Notes: generated by a model not told the origin, from the sequence alone. Positions 1 through 9,686 are shown, numbered from the stretch's first letter. The stretch: 64,000 nt of DNA from Akkermansia muciniphila (GCA_945867235.1 CAMBHS010000002.1:127-64126), one strand, 5' to 3'. Made by a program: numbers and translations.

Positions 1-195
1 ACACCCGTGATTTGGGAGTTGGGGCATAAGTTTAAGCTGGTGACGAATGTTCGTCAGGCGAGTGTCACGGATGAAATCGGCGTCGTTTGCCTGGAGTTGG
101 AAGGGGCTCGCTCGGAAATCGCCTCAGCCATTAAATGGCTCGAAAAGAAATCTGTAAAAGTGGAACCCGTCGAGATCAACGTCATCGAGAGTTGA
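1..195 (+). CDS. C-terminal fragment of a NIL-domain protein (MetN-type C-terminal / ferredoxin-like NIL domain); the 5' end lies outside the window
   Basis: Frame 1 is open from base 1 to the TGA at 193-195. The tail ...DEIGVVCLELEGARSEIASAIKWLEKKSVKVEPVE looks like a NIL domain. The family assignment is from memory only. Confidence 0.4.
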   Translation, partial: TPVIWELGHKFKLVTNVRQASVTDEIGVVCLELEGARSEIASAIKWLEKKSVKVEPVEINVIES

Positions 196-239
196 CAGGC
201 GGACTTGCCGGAAATTGGGTTTCTACGCCGCGATTTTTT

Positions 240-905
240 TTAATCGAGATCGTGACGATGGTCGCTTGGAAAAGCGCGCAAGTATTTGGCGACGGCCTCC
301 GTGCGGGAACGCACATGAAGTTTTTCGTAAATTCGCCGGATGAAGGTGTGAACTGTCTCGAAAGAGATTTGAAGCTTATCGGCGATTTCTTTATACAAAA
401 ATCCTTTGGCTAACAGGTCAAGGACTGCTTGTTCGCGTGGGGAAAGACCTTCGGTAATCTTGTTGGGTGGCGAGGGTTGTTGGAATGATTGCACCACTTT
501 GCGGGCAATGTGAGTTGACATGGGGGACCCCCCGCGGTGCACCTCTTTGACAGCATCAAGAATTTTATTCGGCGAAGCTGATTTCAACATGTAACCACTG
601 GCTCCGGCGGCAAGGGCTTTAAAGATCTGCTCGGTGTTTTCGTAAACAGTGAGCATGACCACCAAAACCTGAGGCTGAGCCACCTTGAGCTTGGCGACGC
701 AGTCAATCCCACTCATTCCGGGAAGGTTGATGTCCATCAAAACGACGTTGGGACTCCGATTTGGAATATCCTTCAACGCTAATTCTGCATTGGGATAATG
801 GCTGAGACATTCGAATCCAGAGGTGCGAGAAACCAATTCTGACAGGCTCTCGCGAACCCTTTGGTCATCCTCAACGATGCAAACCGTAATCGGGGCGTGT
901 TTCAT
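240..905 (-). CDS. NarL/LuxR-family response regulator (receiver domain + LuxR/GerE HTH)
   Basis: The receiver domain reads MKHAPITVCIVEDDQ...VVLMDINLPGMSG. The C-terminal part LSPREQAVLDLLAKGFLYKEIADKLQISFETVHTFIRRIYEKLHV is a LuxR-type HTH. I moved the start from the ORF-track 965 to the ATG at 905. No histidine kinase gene is present in the window. Confidence 0.85.
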   Translation of the reverse strand: MKHAPITVCIVEDDQRVRESLSELVSRTSGFECLSHYPNAELALKDIPNRSPNVVLMDINLPGMSGIDCVAKLKVAQPQVLVVMLTVYENTEQIFKALAAGASGYMLKSASPNKILDAVKEVHRGGSPMSTHIARKVVQSFQQPSPPNKITEGLSPREQAVLDLLAKGFLYKEIADKLQISFETVHTFIRRIYEKLHVRSRTEAVAKYLRAFPSDHRHDLD

Positions 906-1000
906 TGTGAGCCTGCACTGTGGTGCATTTTCCCGAATTGTAGAAGCTGAAATGTTACACGGCAATTGTTGCGGGACTAGGCGTTGAATCTCAACAGGTG

Positions 1001-1035
1001 ATTTTACGGTTTGCTACATTGAGTATTTTACGGTT
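1001..1035. repeat. Perfect 11-bp direct repeat ATTTTACGGTT x2 (1001-1011 and 1025-1035, period 24 bp) in the divergent response-regulator/galM intergenic region; candidate regulator binding sites
   Basis: Read directly from the sequence: ...gtgATTTTACGGTTtgctacattgagtATTTTACGGTTaaac... A 5-3-5 palindrome GTTGAATCTCAAC lies just upstream at 983-995. Confidence 0.8.
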
Positions 1036-1076
1036 AAACGGGTGGAGCTTCCTAACTTAGTTAACGCATTAAAACT

Positions 1077-2228
1077 ATGGCCAGTGAATACTTAATCAAA
1101 CGTGGCGCGTTCCTTTACTCCTTGGCTGCGGCCGGATGGTGTGTCAGCAATTCCGCCTCAGCCGCAGATGCCCCTGCCAAAAAATCTCAAACTATGATTG
1201 AAAATAAAGAATTTGGAAAAACCGCAGATGGTAAGGAAGTGCGCCTTTTTACCTTTCGCAATAAAAACGGGGTGGTGGTTAAATTGACAAATTATGGAGG
1301 GATCATCACGGAAATTCACGCTCCCGATCGCACGGGAAAGTTGGGGAATGTGGTGTGTGGATTCGACAATCTCGAAAGGTATTTGAAGGGTCATCCATTT
1401 TTTGGAGCGGTTGCCGGTCGGGTTGCGAACAGGATTGCCAAGGGAAAATTTAAATTGGATGGGAAGGAATACACCCTGGCAATCAACAATGGACCAAACC
1501 ATTTACATGGAGGGCTCAAGGGATTTGATAAACAGGTGTGGAACGCTGAAGTGCTCCCGAATCAATCGGTGAAAATGACCTACGTCAGCAAAGATGGTGA
1601 AGAGGGTTATCCAGGAAATCTGAATGTGACGATGGTGTATTCATTGGATGATGACAACGCACTGAGGATCGATTACAGCGCGACGACCGACAAGGCCACC
1701 CCGATCAATCTAACCAACCACAGCTACTTCAACCTTGCGGGTTCGGGAACCATATTTGACCATTTGGTTTACCTGAACGCGGATCAATACACCAAGGTGG
1801 ACGACACGTTGATTCCCACTGGTGAGATCGCCTCGGTCAAAGGCACCGCGCTGGACTTTACGACACCGCGTTCTATCGGCGAACGTGCGATGCAAACCGG
1901 ACTTAAGCCGCCGGGTTACGATCATAATTTTGTCCTGAATGAACAAGGGCGAGGCTTACGGCTTGCGGCGCGTGTCACTGATCCAAAGAGTGGCAGAACC
2001 ATGGAAGTCAGCACCACGGAACCTGGGGTTCAGCTTTACACCGCAAATCATTTCAATGGGAGCGTCGAGGGTGCCGGTGGAGTAACCTACCCGCAGCACG
2101 GTGCGTTTTGCCTTGAAACCCAGCATTACCCGGATGCGATCAATCACCCGTCATTTCCTTCTCCGATTTTACGACCGGGAGGGGAGTATAAAACGACGAC
2201 TGTGTTCAAATTTGGACGCACTCCGTAG
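1077..2228 (+). CDS. galM: Aldose 1-epimerase (galactose mutarotase) with N-terminal signal peptide
   Basis: 383 aa. The signal-like N-terminus is LYSLAAAGWCVSNSASA. Typical mutarotase blocks are present: NYGGIITEI, GRVANRIAKGKF.LDGKEY.L..NNGPNHLHGG..GFD, TNHSYFNL, and LETQHYPDAINHPSFPS. Confidence 0.85.
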   Translation: MASEYLIKRGAFLYSLAAAGWCVSNSASAADAPAKKSQTMIENKEFGKTADGKEVRLFTFRNKNGVVVKLTNYGGIITEIHAPDRTGKLGNVVCGFDNLERYLKGHPFFGAVAGRVANRIAKGKFKLDGKEYTLAINNGPNHLHGGLKGFDKQVWNAEVLPNQSVKMTYVSKDGEEGYPGNLNVTMVYSLDDDNALRIDYSATTDKATPINLTNHSYFNLAGSGTIFDHLVYLNADQYTKVDDTLIPTGEIASVKGTALDFTTPRSIGERAMQTGLKPPGYDHNFVLNEQGRGLRLAARVTDPKSGRTMEVSTTEPGVQLYTANHFNGSVEGAGGVTYPQHGAFCLETQHYPDAINHPSFPSPILRPGGEYKTTTVFKFGRTP

Positions 2229-2324
2229 GCGTTGACTATTTGGAGACTCGCGGGGTTTGTTTTGTCCAATGGTTCGCAGAACCTTGAGGATAAAACCATT
2301 CCACCGCGAATGTTTATGTAGCGA

Positions 2325-3317
2325 TTACGGGGTGATCGTCTTTTTTTTCACGGCACGTTTCCATTCGACCTTGGCGGGTTCTGGCAATCCTTGAGCCCGC
2401 AACGCAGTCCGAAAATGGATTTTGGAAACTTTGGACAGCTCCCCTGCCCCGTGAGTGGAAATGAAAGTTTTTGCAGCAGCATCGACACTCGCGGAAGCAC
2501 CCTTAGGAAACACCAAGGACCAACTTTTACTCAATTGATTGAGACGAGTCACGAATTCGGCTCGTGCCAAAATTGAAGCGGCGGCCACGGCGATGTCCTC
2601 CTCGGCCTTATGGCGCTGGACAAGTTCAAGGTCGCGACCGAGTTCCATAAGTGCTTTTGAAACGGTGGCTTTGTTCGAAGCGAACTGGTCACTGATGGCG
2701 CGAATCGGAGAGGGGTTCATCCTCGTTTTCTGGCTGAGTAAATTTTCGATCACTCGTGCGTGACCCCAAGCAAGGAGGCTGTTGACGCTTTTGAATTTGT
2801 CGTAGAGCCGATTGTAAGCCTCATTGCCGATGGGCACCACAGAGGTCACGCAGCCGGGCGTATTAACAATGAGATTGGCGAGATCCATAATCTTCCGATC
2901 GCTGCCAACGGATTTTGAATCACGGATGCCGCTTGCCTTCCATGCGTTGATGACGGAGGCGTTGACATAGACTCCGGCAATGCAGAGAGGACCGAAGAAA
3001 TCGCCTTTTCCACTTTCATCGATTCCCAATCGGGGGGCCAATAATTCAGGATCCAGAATCTCCTCATACCCCACCTTGGCCTCCCTCAGTATCAGGGGTT
3101 CGAGGACGAACTCTACGAATTCAGACGTTCCCTTGCCCTGCACAACCAGTTTACCGCTCTCATAAAAAACGACGTTGGTTTTTTCCTTCTGACCCGCGAA
3201 ACGTGCATAGGGCACCTCGCGAAATTCCCAGCCGTTCTCCTTCAGGTGCTGATGGAGATGGGCAGACTGCACGTCGTCGAGTTTGCAGGTGTGTGCGGTT
3301 ACAGGATTTGTTGGCAC
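2325..3317 (-). CDS. rnhC: Ribonuclease HIII
   Basis: 330 aa. An N-terminal RNase HIII-specific domain is followed by an RNase HII/HIII catalytic core with GIDESGKGDFFGPLCIAGVYV and SDQF. The length and architecture fit RNase HIII rather than RNase HII. Confidence 0.75.
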   Translation of the reverse strand: MPTNPVTAHTCKLDDVQSAHLHQHLKENGWEFREVPYARFAGQKEKTNVVFYESGKLVVQGKGTSEFVEFVLEPLILREAKVGYEEILDPELLAPRLGIDESGKGDFFGPLCIAGVYVNASVINAWKASGIRDSKSVGSDRKIMDLANLIVNTPGCVTSVVPIGNEAYNRLYDKFKSVNSLLAWGHARVIENLLSQKTRMNPSPIRAISDQFASNKATVSKALMELGRDLELVQRHKAEEDIAVAAASILARAEFVTRLNQLSKSWSLVFPKGASASVDAAAKTFISTHGAGELSKVSKIHFRTALRAQGLPEPAKVEWKRAVKKKTITP

Positions 3318-3446
3318 AGGTAAAGATTAGAGGATGGAACGTTGGGTTCTGGCAAGTTCCGTTTGTCGTAATGGAAAAAAGAGACGGAGAAAAATTTTCC
3401 CCGCCTTATCTATTCGCAGATCGCCCGTAGGACTGTGCCTCGGAAA

Positions 3447-3914
3447 TCAATAGGTTTTTGAATAGCGTTTTCTGGATTCGGGTGGTGCGGGTGGTGCTAG
3501 TGGGAGTTTTGGGGGTGTCTCAGCCTCGATTGGAACGGAAGGAACCGGGGACAACGAGTCGGGAGAATGCGAGGTTTCGAGGGACGGGGCTGGGGTGATG
3601 TCCTGGCCGGTAACTTCATGAAAAGCCTGCCTAATTGTGGTTAGACCCTTGGACAAATAATCATTTTCAAACGGGGTGAGATTCCCCTGTGTTCGAGCCT
3701 CAATCATCTCCATTTGGTAAATGTAAATTCGGGCGGAATCAGGTTCCTGGAATCGCTCCCCAGTATCGGGATTAGGAATTTTACCCAACAACATGAGCGC
3801 GGTCGAAGCCTGTTGCTGAATCATCTCAGCAAACAAGGATGTGAAAATTTCATCGCGCGACGGTTGACGTTCAGGAGCCCCGGCAGGGGGAGGATTCGTG
3901 GTCGTGTTCACCAT
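3447..3914 (-). CDS. DUF1844 domain protein
   Basis: FTSLFAEMIQQQASTALMLLGKIPNPDTGE...ARIYIYQMEMIEARTQGNLTPFENDYL matches the DUF1844 pattern as I remember it. It overlaps the upstream LON-N gene by 7 bp, which suggests an operon. Confidence 0.65.
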   Translation of the reverse strand: MVNTTTNPPPAGAPERQPSRDEIFTSLFAEMIQQQASTALMLLGKIPNPDTGERFQEPDSARIYIYQMEMIEARTQGNLTPFENDYLSKGLTTIRQAFHEVTGQDITPAPSLETSHSPDSLSPVPSVPIEAETPPKLPLAPPAPPESRKRYSKTY

Positions 3915-4576
3915 TTGGAACGGGTCTTCATAGAGGATATTAAAAATTGCACCAAAATATCAAGCCGAGTCTCAAGGTCGTAAGTTTCGAGGATGATCTG
4001 GCGTTGGAGCGGTATCGGCAGGAGAGTGCAGGAAACAAGGTCAACAAGCTGGCTGGGATCCTTGACGCTTCGAAGGTGTTTGATGACCTCCTTGAATGAC
4101 AAGGTGCTTTGGATTAATTCCCCTTCGGATTGCAAATGTTTCATGATGGGCAAGGAGAAATCCAATCCATTCTCCATGCGCGCAATGACTAGATCGAGCA
4201 CCTTCGAGGTCAACGAAGAGATTTGGGAACTATTCAACGACTCGTTGGGGATGGGTTCAATCTGATGAACACGGTAGGGTTGGTAGCGAACCACCTTGCC
4301 CAAAACCACACGAGCTAATCCTTGTAGGACAAGGTGCGAGGTGCCGTCCTTATTTTTAACCGCAGCTCGAATTAACCCAAGCCCGCCCACCTTGGAAGGG
4401 GTTTCGCGTTTGCTCCCCGGTTTAGCCATTGCGATGACAACAGTGCGGTGGGTGGCCAACGAATTCTCAAGCATCCTGCGGTAACGCGGTTCAAAAATGA
4501 ACACCGGCAACATGGCCTGTGGGAACAGGATCACATTGGGCAAGGTCATAACCGGAGCTTCGGTTGGCAAAAGCAT
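3908..4576 (-). CDS. LON peptidase N-terminal substrate-binding domain protein (no ATPase or protease domain)
   Basis: MTLPNVILFPQAMLPVFIFEPRYRRML is the typical start of a LON N-terminal domain. The protein is 222 aa. Confidence 0.75.
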   Translation of the reverse strand: MLLPTEAPVMTLPNVILFPQAMLPVFIFEPRYRRMLENSLATHRTVVIAMAKPGSKRETPSKVGGLGLIRAAVKNKDGTSHLVLQGLARVVLGKVVRYQPYRVHQIEPIPNESLNSSQISSLTSKVLDLVIARMENGLDFSLPIMKHLQSEGELIQSTLSFKEVIKHLRSVKDPSQLVDLVSCTLLPIPLQRQIILETYDLETRLDILVQFLISSMKTRSKW

Positions 4577-4674
4577 GAATAGAATGTAGGTTGATTCGTC
4601 ACTTATTCAAGGTGAACATGTATGCTTGTCAAATGCGTGGACATTTCGCATCGTTACGGACAGACACGACAAAT

Positions 4675-5445
4675 ATGAATTTAAAACCCATAGCCTTCCT
4701 CCTCGTGGTCATCAGCGTGGCACTGGGCGGCTCGTTGTATTATCGTCATACCCAAGCAGTTAAAAAAGGGGTGGAGGACAAGGCAATCATCACGTCCTTA
4801 TCTGAACAGGTGGTCAACAAGGAAATCGCACTCCGCGAACAGACTCTCGTGAATGTGTCGCTGGACAAGGATCTGCAAACACGCACGGAGGAGATTGGGA
4901 AGTTGTCGCAGGAGCTGTTGTCAGTTTCGAATATCTTGGTAAAAACGGAGGCGGATGCAAAAACGACACAGGCAGCATTGACGGCCGAGATTGCAAAAAA
5001 AGAGGCGCGCATCACCGACTTGGAAGGGCAGAGGGATGATCTCACGAAAAAAATGACGGATCTCAACGGATCTATCGCCTTATTGGAGGTGAAAATTGAC
5101 TCGACGCAAAAAAAACTGGCGGCATCCGAGGGGGATCGCGAATTTTTGTTAAAGGAACTCAAACGCCTGCAGGCTGAAAAGGCGGCTCTCGAACAACAAT
5201 TCAATGATCTGGCGATTTTGCGCGATCAGGTCAAAAAACTTAGGGATGAACTTTCCATCTCACGGCGGTTGGACTGGATCAAACGGGGATTGTATGGCGA
5301 TACCAAGGGGGGCGAACGCATGATGAAGAGTCTTTCGCCGCCACCCAGCATCGCAAAACCGACTTTTGATTTGAACGTGGAATTAAAGTCAGGTGGCGGT
5401 GCAACCATTGCTCCGAAAACCAACACTCCGAGTGTTACTAAATAG
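4675..5445 (+). CDS. Membrane-anchored coiled-coil protein, function unknown
   Basis: I chose the start at MNLKPIAFLLVVISVALGGSLYY (a single TM helix). About 190 aa of heptad-like, K/E/L/Q-rich sequence follows. The ORF-track start at 4591 is also possible. Confidence 0.55.
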   Translation: MNLKPIAFLLVVISVALGGSLYYRHTQAVKKGVEDKAIITSLSEQVVNKEIALREQTLVNVSLDKDLQTRTEEIGKLSQELLSVSNILVKTEADAKTTQAALTAEIAKKEARITDLEGQRDDLTKKMTDLNGSIALLEVKIDSTQKKLAASEGDREFLLKELKRLQAEKAALEQQFNDLAILRDQVKKLRDELSISRRLDWIKRGLYGDTKGGERMMKSLSPPPSIAKPTFDLNVELKSGGGATIAPKTNTPSVTK

Positions 5446-5481
5446 GCTCTCGGAAGCATTTCCAAAGGGTCTTAACATTGG

Positions 5482-6546
5482 ATGATCTCCCATGTTCTAT
5501 CTGATTCCTTTGGTCGGATTTTGCGCGATCTCAGGGTGAGCGTGACGGATCGGTGCAATTTCCGTTGTGTGTATTGCCTCCCCGAAACAGATCAAGCAGC
5601 TGATTTTTACCGGTCGAAATTTGATGCCGTAAAAAATCCAACTCCGATAAAAATACCGTTACCACCTTCCAAACCCCGGAGCCAAATCCTGACCTTCGAG
5701 GAGATTGAGCGCGTGGTGAAGATAGGGGTGGAGTTGGGGATTGAAAAAATCCGTCTCACCGGAGGGGAGCCGTTGTTGCGGCAAAACATCGAGGTTTTGG
5801 TCGGCAAAATATCCCAGATTCCTAGCGTCAAGGATTTGGCCATGACGAGCAATGGATTTCTTTTTCACCGAAAAGCCCAAGCCTTAAAAGATGCGGGGCT
5901 TACCCGAATGAGTTTCAGCCTAGATTCATTAGACGCCGACAATTTCAAAAAAATGACAGGGCGAGACGGATTCAACGAGGTGATCCGCTCGATCCGACTG
6001 GCCAAATCCCTCGGGATGGATCCAGTAAAAGTGAATGCCGTGGTGATCCGTGGCTTGAATGAACATGAACTGGGTGACTTAGTCCGGTTTGCCATCTCAG
6101 AAGGGGTGCAAATGCGATTTATCGAATTCATGCCACTCGACTCCAATCGAGGCTGGTTGAGGGATCTCGTCGTTTCGGGGAAGGAAATGTTAACTCGGTT
6201 GAAAACCGAATTTGAACTGGAACCTGTATCGGGCAGCCTACCTTCTGAAACGGCAAAACGCTGGAGAGTGAATGGAACCTCTGCTGAAATCGGGATCATA
6301 GCCCCTGTGACTGAGCCTTTTTGTGGGCACTGCAACCGGCTCCGACTTACGGCGGATGGGAAAATCAGGACATGCCTTTTCAGCCTGATCGAACACGACT
6401 TAAAAGGGATGATGCGAAGGGGTGCAGACGATGAACAGTTGAGGACGCGCCTCCGTGAAATCGCATGGCTAAAGGAGGCACGGCATCACATTGGCGAGGC
6501 TGAATTCAAACAACCAGAGCGAACGATGAGCTGCATCGGGGGTTAG
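5482..6546 (+). CDS. moaA: GTP 3',8-cyclase MoaA (radical SAM, molybdenum cofactor biosynthesis)
   Basis: It has the radical-SAM motif VTDRCNFRCVYC, the block IRLTGGEPLLR, the C-terminal cluster motif CGHCNRLRLTADGKIRTCLF, and a terminal GG. Confidence 0.9.
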   Translation: MISHVLSDSFGRILRDLRVSVTDRCNFRCVYCLPETDQAADFYRSKFDAVKNPTPIKIPLPPSKPRSQILTFEEIERVVKIGVELGIEKIRLTGGEPLLRQNIEVLVGKISQIPSVKDLAMTSNGFLFHRKAQALKDAGLTRMSFSLDSLDADNFKKMTGRDGFNEVIRSIRLAKSLGMDPVKVNAVVIRGLNEHELGDLVRFAISEGVQMRFIEFMPLDSNRGWLRDLVVSGKEMLTRLKTEFELEPVSGSLPSETAKRWRVNGTSAEIGIIAPVTEPFCGHCNRLRLTADGKIRTCLFSLIEHDLKGMMRRGADDEQLRTRLREIAWLKEARHHIGEAEFKQPERTMSCIGG

Positions 6547-6642
6547 AATTTTTATTGTTGAGCGGGGTGTTTCTCCACCCAGTGCGGTGCCATTCACCGG
6601 AATGAGTCGCAGCGTTAAAGTTGAACCTCAAACGTTTCCGCG

Positions 6643-6706
6643 ACGACTAATAATCATCACGACTAATAATCATCACGACTAATAATCATCACGACTAATA
6701 ATCATC
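6643..6706. repeat. Perfect tandem repeat, 4 copies of the 16-mer ACGACTAATAATCATC
   Basis: Counted base by base: copies at 6643-6658, 6659-6674, 6675-6690 and 6691-6706. A TTGACA hexamer follows at 6708-6713. The array lies about 100 bp upstream of the pfp start codon. Confidence 0.95.
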
Positions 6707-6814
6707 TTTGACAAGGATCAAAGGCATTGGCATGGTCTCCCGCCTGTATTTGGTTGAGTAAATGATGGCGTGCGGGTGGATATTGTGTTCACCCTTGGTG
6801 AGAAGATTAAAATT

Positions 6815-8086
6815 ATGGGAGAACTAGTTGGAAATTTGTTGGTGGCACAATCGGGAGGACCGACTGCGGTCATCAACGCGAGCGTCGCGGGTGTTGTCCA
6901 AGAGGCAGGAAAACATGGATGCATTGAGGAGATCTACGCGGGGTTGAACGGCATTCTTGGAATTCTTAATGAAGAGTTAATCGACCTCAATGACGAGAAG
7001 GCTCGCGCCATTGAAGGTCTCAAATATACTCCCGGCCCGGCGTTTGGAACCTGCCGCTACAAAATTAATTTCGCAAAAAACCCGGAGCTTGCCGCTAAGG
7101 ACATGGATCGTCTTTTTCAGGTATTCGAGGCTCACAGCATTCGATATTTTTTCTACGCCGGAGGAAATGACTCCCAAGATACTTCGAACCGAATTCATGC
7201 CGAAGCGGTGAAGCGCAATTACGAAATCCGCGTGATCGGGGTTCCAAAGACGATTGACAATGACCTTCCTCACACGGATCACTGTCCCGGTTATGGCTCC
7301 GCAATCAAGTATTGCGCAACCACCGTGATGGAAATTGGTTTGGATGTCGGCGGGATGGCTACTGACGACGGATCGTGTTGTATTGTGGAAGTGATGGGTC
7401 GCTCAGCAGGCTGGATCGCCGCAGGAGCGGTGCTGGCAAAAAGAAATCCACAGGACGCACCTCACATCATCCTGATGCCAGAGATTGCCTTCAATGAAGA
7501 AGCCTTTTTGGCCAAGGTCAAAGAAACGGTTGCATTGAACAAATTCTGCATCGTGGTTGTCGGGGAGGGTTTGAAAAATGCGCAAGGCGAAGAACTCGGC
7601 GCGGACAAATCACGCGTGGATTCCTTTGGTCATGCGGTGCTTTCAGGTGCAGCGGATCGACTCGCAGAACTGGTGCAAGGCAAACTGAACACCAAAACAC
7701 GAACCGTAAAACTCGGGTACGCCCAACGGGCCGCAGCACATTTTGCAAGTTTGACTGATGCCCAAGAAGCAGCCCAATGCGGCGAGGCAGCCGTCAAGGC
7801 AGCGATTGATGGTCGCAGTGGATTTATGGTGAAGTTGGTGCGAACTTCCAGCTCGCCCTACAAGGTGACGACAGGTCTGCAAGATTTAAATGATATCGCC
7901 AATGTGGAAAATTTCATTCCGCGTGATTGGATCAGCGAGGACGGTTTCCTACCGAATGAAAAATTTGTGGAATACGCTCGTCCATTGATCGAAGGGGAGG
8001 TTCGTCCTCCAACTGAGGGAGGGTTGCCCAAGTATGTCATTTTGGAGAAGTCGAAGGTTGAGAAAATTCTTAGCCCCCGTTCCTAA
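6815..8086 (+). CDS. pfp: Phosphofructokinase, probably pyrophosphate-dependent
   Basis: PFK-family blocks are present: LVAQSGGPTAVINAS, FFYAGGNDSQDT, GVPKTIDNDL, and MGRSAGWIA. The Asp in GGND and the Lys in PKTIDND occupy the two positions (E. coli G104 and G124) that are associated with PPi rather than ATP use. I set the start at the ATG at 6815. Confidence 0.75.
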   Translation: MGELVGNLLVAQSGGPTAVINASVAGVVQEAGKHGCIEEIYAGLNGILGILNEELIDLNDEKARAIEGLKYTPGPAFGTCRYKINFAKNPELAAKDMDRLFQVFEAHSIRYFFYAGGNDSQDTSNRIHAEAVKRNYEIRVIGVPKTIDNDLPHTDHCPGYGSAIKYCATTVMEIGLDVGGMATDDGSCCIVEVMGRSAGWIAAGAVLAKRNPQDAPHIILMPEIAFNEEAFLAKVKETVALNKFCIVVVGEGLKNAQGEELGADKSRVDSFGHAVLSGAADRLAELVQGKLNTKTRTVKLGYAQRAAAHFASLTDAQEAAQCGEAAVKAAIDGRSGFMVKLVRTSSSPYKVTTGLQDLNDIANVENFIPRDWISEDGFLPNEKFVEYARPLIEGEVRPPTEGGLPKYVILEKSKVEKILSPRS

Positions 8087-8105
8087 TCCATAGGAAAATT
8101 TCCGC

Positions 8106-8146
8106 AAGGCGATCACGCTTAGTCGTTGATCGCCTTTTTTGTTTTT
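8106..8146 (+). terminator. Rho-independent terminator after pfp
   Basis: A 10-bp perfect stem pairs AAGGCGATCA (8106-8115) with TGATCGCCTT (8127-8136) around an 11-nt loop. It is followed by TTTTTTGTTTTT. Confidence 0.8.
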
Positions 8147-8228
8147 GGATAATATGAAACTGCTTGCTATCGGCGGAGGGAATTCAAGAATCCGTGGGGG
8201 GGGCAAGTGCCCGCTCGGGAATGTATCT

Positions 8229-9686
8229 ATGAAAGATTATCTTAATTATATCGGTGGTGAATGGGTTGGCGCAACCTCGGCGCAATTCATTGAAAATCGC
8301 AACCCTGCTGACACCCGCGAAGTGGTCACCCGATATCCATCGAGCGGCGCAACTGAAGCAAAACAGGCGATCGAAGCGGCGGCGGGAGCCCATCGTTCGT
8401 GGAGCCAGCTAACGCCTGTGGCAAGGGGCCGAATTTTAAGCAAGGCGAGTTTTATATTGGAGGGGAGAAAATCGGAACTCGCCGAACTATTGATGCGTGA
8501 AGAAGGAAAAACGCTCGCCGAAAGTTTGGGAGAAGTTCAACGAGCGGCAGATATTTTCAGATTTTACGGGGGCTTGAGTTACACCATTGGAGGACAAACG
8601 CTCCCCCACGATCTTCCCGGCAATTTGCTTTACACCCTACGGCAATCGCTTGGGGTCGTAGGGTTGATTACGCCATGGAATTTCCCAATCGCGATACCGA
8701 GTTGGAAAATTGCGCCCGCCTTGGTGGCTGGAAATTCGGTGGTGATCAAGCCTGCGAGTCAGGCTCCTGCGATGTGTTGTGAACTGGCACGTGTTTTGGC
8801 CGAAGCAGGACTCCCCAAAGGAGTTTTGAATGTCGTCGTAGGTAACGGCCGTGAGGTCGGCGGAGAACTGGCTCGAAATCCAAAGGTAGCGGGGCTGTCA
8901 TTCACCGGTTCGCATGCGGTAGGTCACCAAGTTTACCAGCAATTAGCACTCCGCATGGCTCGTGCCCAAATGGAAATGGGTGGGAAAAATCCAACCATTG
9001 TTTTGGCAGATGCGGATATTGATTTAGCGGTGAGTTTAGTGTGTCGAGCTGGATTTGGCCTGACAGGACAGGCTTGTACCGCGACGAGCCGCGTCATTGT
9101 CGAGCGCAGCGTGGCAGATGAATTCACACAGAAATTGGCAGCCCGCGCCAAAACTTGGAAAGTCGGACCGGGTTGGCAACCGGGAGTTGAAATGGGACCG
9201 GCTGTGAACGAGCAGGAGTTGCTGGGAAACCTACAGCATGTGAAATGGGCATTGGAGGATGGAGCAAAATTGGTAGCCGGTGGCAGTCGTCTCACCGAAG
9301 GAGAATTGGCACATGGATATTTCATGGAACCCACAGTGATTGCAGATGTCAGACCTGAAATGAGATTGGCACGGGAGGAAGTTTTTGGACCGGTGATCGC
9401 GGTGCTGGCGGTGGATAGTTTCGAGGAAGCCCTGCAAGTCGCGAATAATGTGGATGTGGGATTATCAGCGTCCATCGTGACGCGTGACATCAAGAAAGCG
9501 ATGATTTACAGCGAATTGATCGAGGCGGGTGTCGTCAAAATCAACCAGATTTCGACTGGCTTGGCGTTACAGGCTCCATTTGGCGGAGTAAAAAATTCGA
9601 GCACTGATACTTTTCGCGAGCAGGGAGCCGCAGCCCTTGATTTTTACACCCGCACCAAAACGGTTTACTTGGATTATTCGTGTTGA
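8229..9686 (+). CDS. NAD(P)-dependent aldehyde dehydrogenase family protein
   Basis: The N-terminus is YIGGEWV. It has the catalytic Glu block MEMGGKNP, the catalytic Cys block GQACTATSR, and EEVFGPV. I set the start at the ATG at 8229. The substrate cannot be determined from the sequence. Confidence 0.85.
   Translation: MKDYLNYIGGEWVGATSAQFIENRNPADTREVVTRYPSSGATEAKQAIEAAAGAHRSWSQLTPVARGRILSKASFILEGRKSELAELLMREEGKTLAESLGEVQRAADIFRFYGGLSYTIGGQTLPHDLPGNLLYTLRQSLGVVGLITPWNFPIAIPSWKIAPALVAGNSVVIKPASQAPAMCCELARVLAEAGLPKGVLNVVVGNGREVGGELARNPKVAGLSFTGSHAVGHQVYQQLALRMARAQMEMGGKNPTIVLADADIDLAVSLVCRAGFGLTGQACTATSRVIVERSVADEFTQKLAARAKTWKVGPGWQPGVEMGPAVNEQELLGNLQHVKWALEDGAKLVAGGSRLTEGELAHGYFMEPTVIADVRPEMRLAREEVFGPVIAVLAVDSFEEALQVANNVDVGLSASIVTRDIKKAMIYSELIEAGVVKINQISTGLALQAPFGGVKNSSTDTFREQGAAALDFYTRTKTVYLDYSC

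Noticed and set aside
2261-2290. A tRNA-like T-arm (GGTTCGCAGAACC) in the galM/rnhC gap, and tRNA or rRNA genes in general.
   Set aside because: The hairpin has a 3-nt loop and not the 7-nt TPsiC loop, and there is no surrounding cloverleaf. None of the intergenic gaps of 130 nt or more shows a GGTTCGAATCC-type motif. No rRNA-like sequence is present.
5446-5481. A Moco riboswitch upstream of moaA.
   Set aside because: Only 36 bp separate moaA from the preceding gene, which is far too short for the ~130-nt Moco RNA motif.
6643-6706. The 16-bp repeat array as a CRISPR array.
   Set aside because: The copies are directly adjacent with no spacers. The unit is too short, and no cas genes are present in the window.
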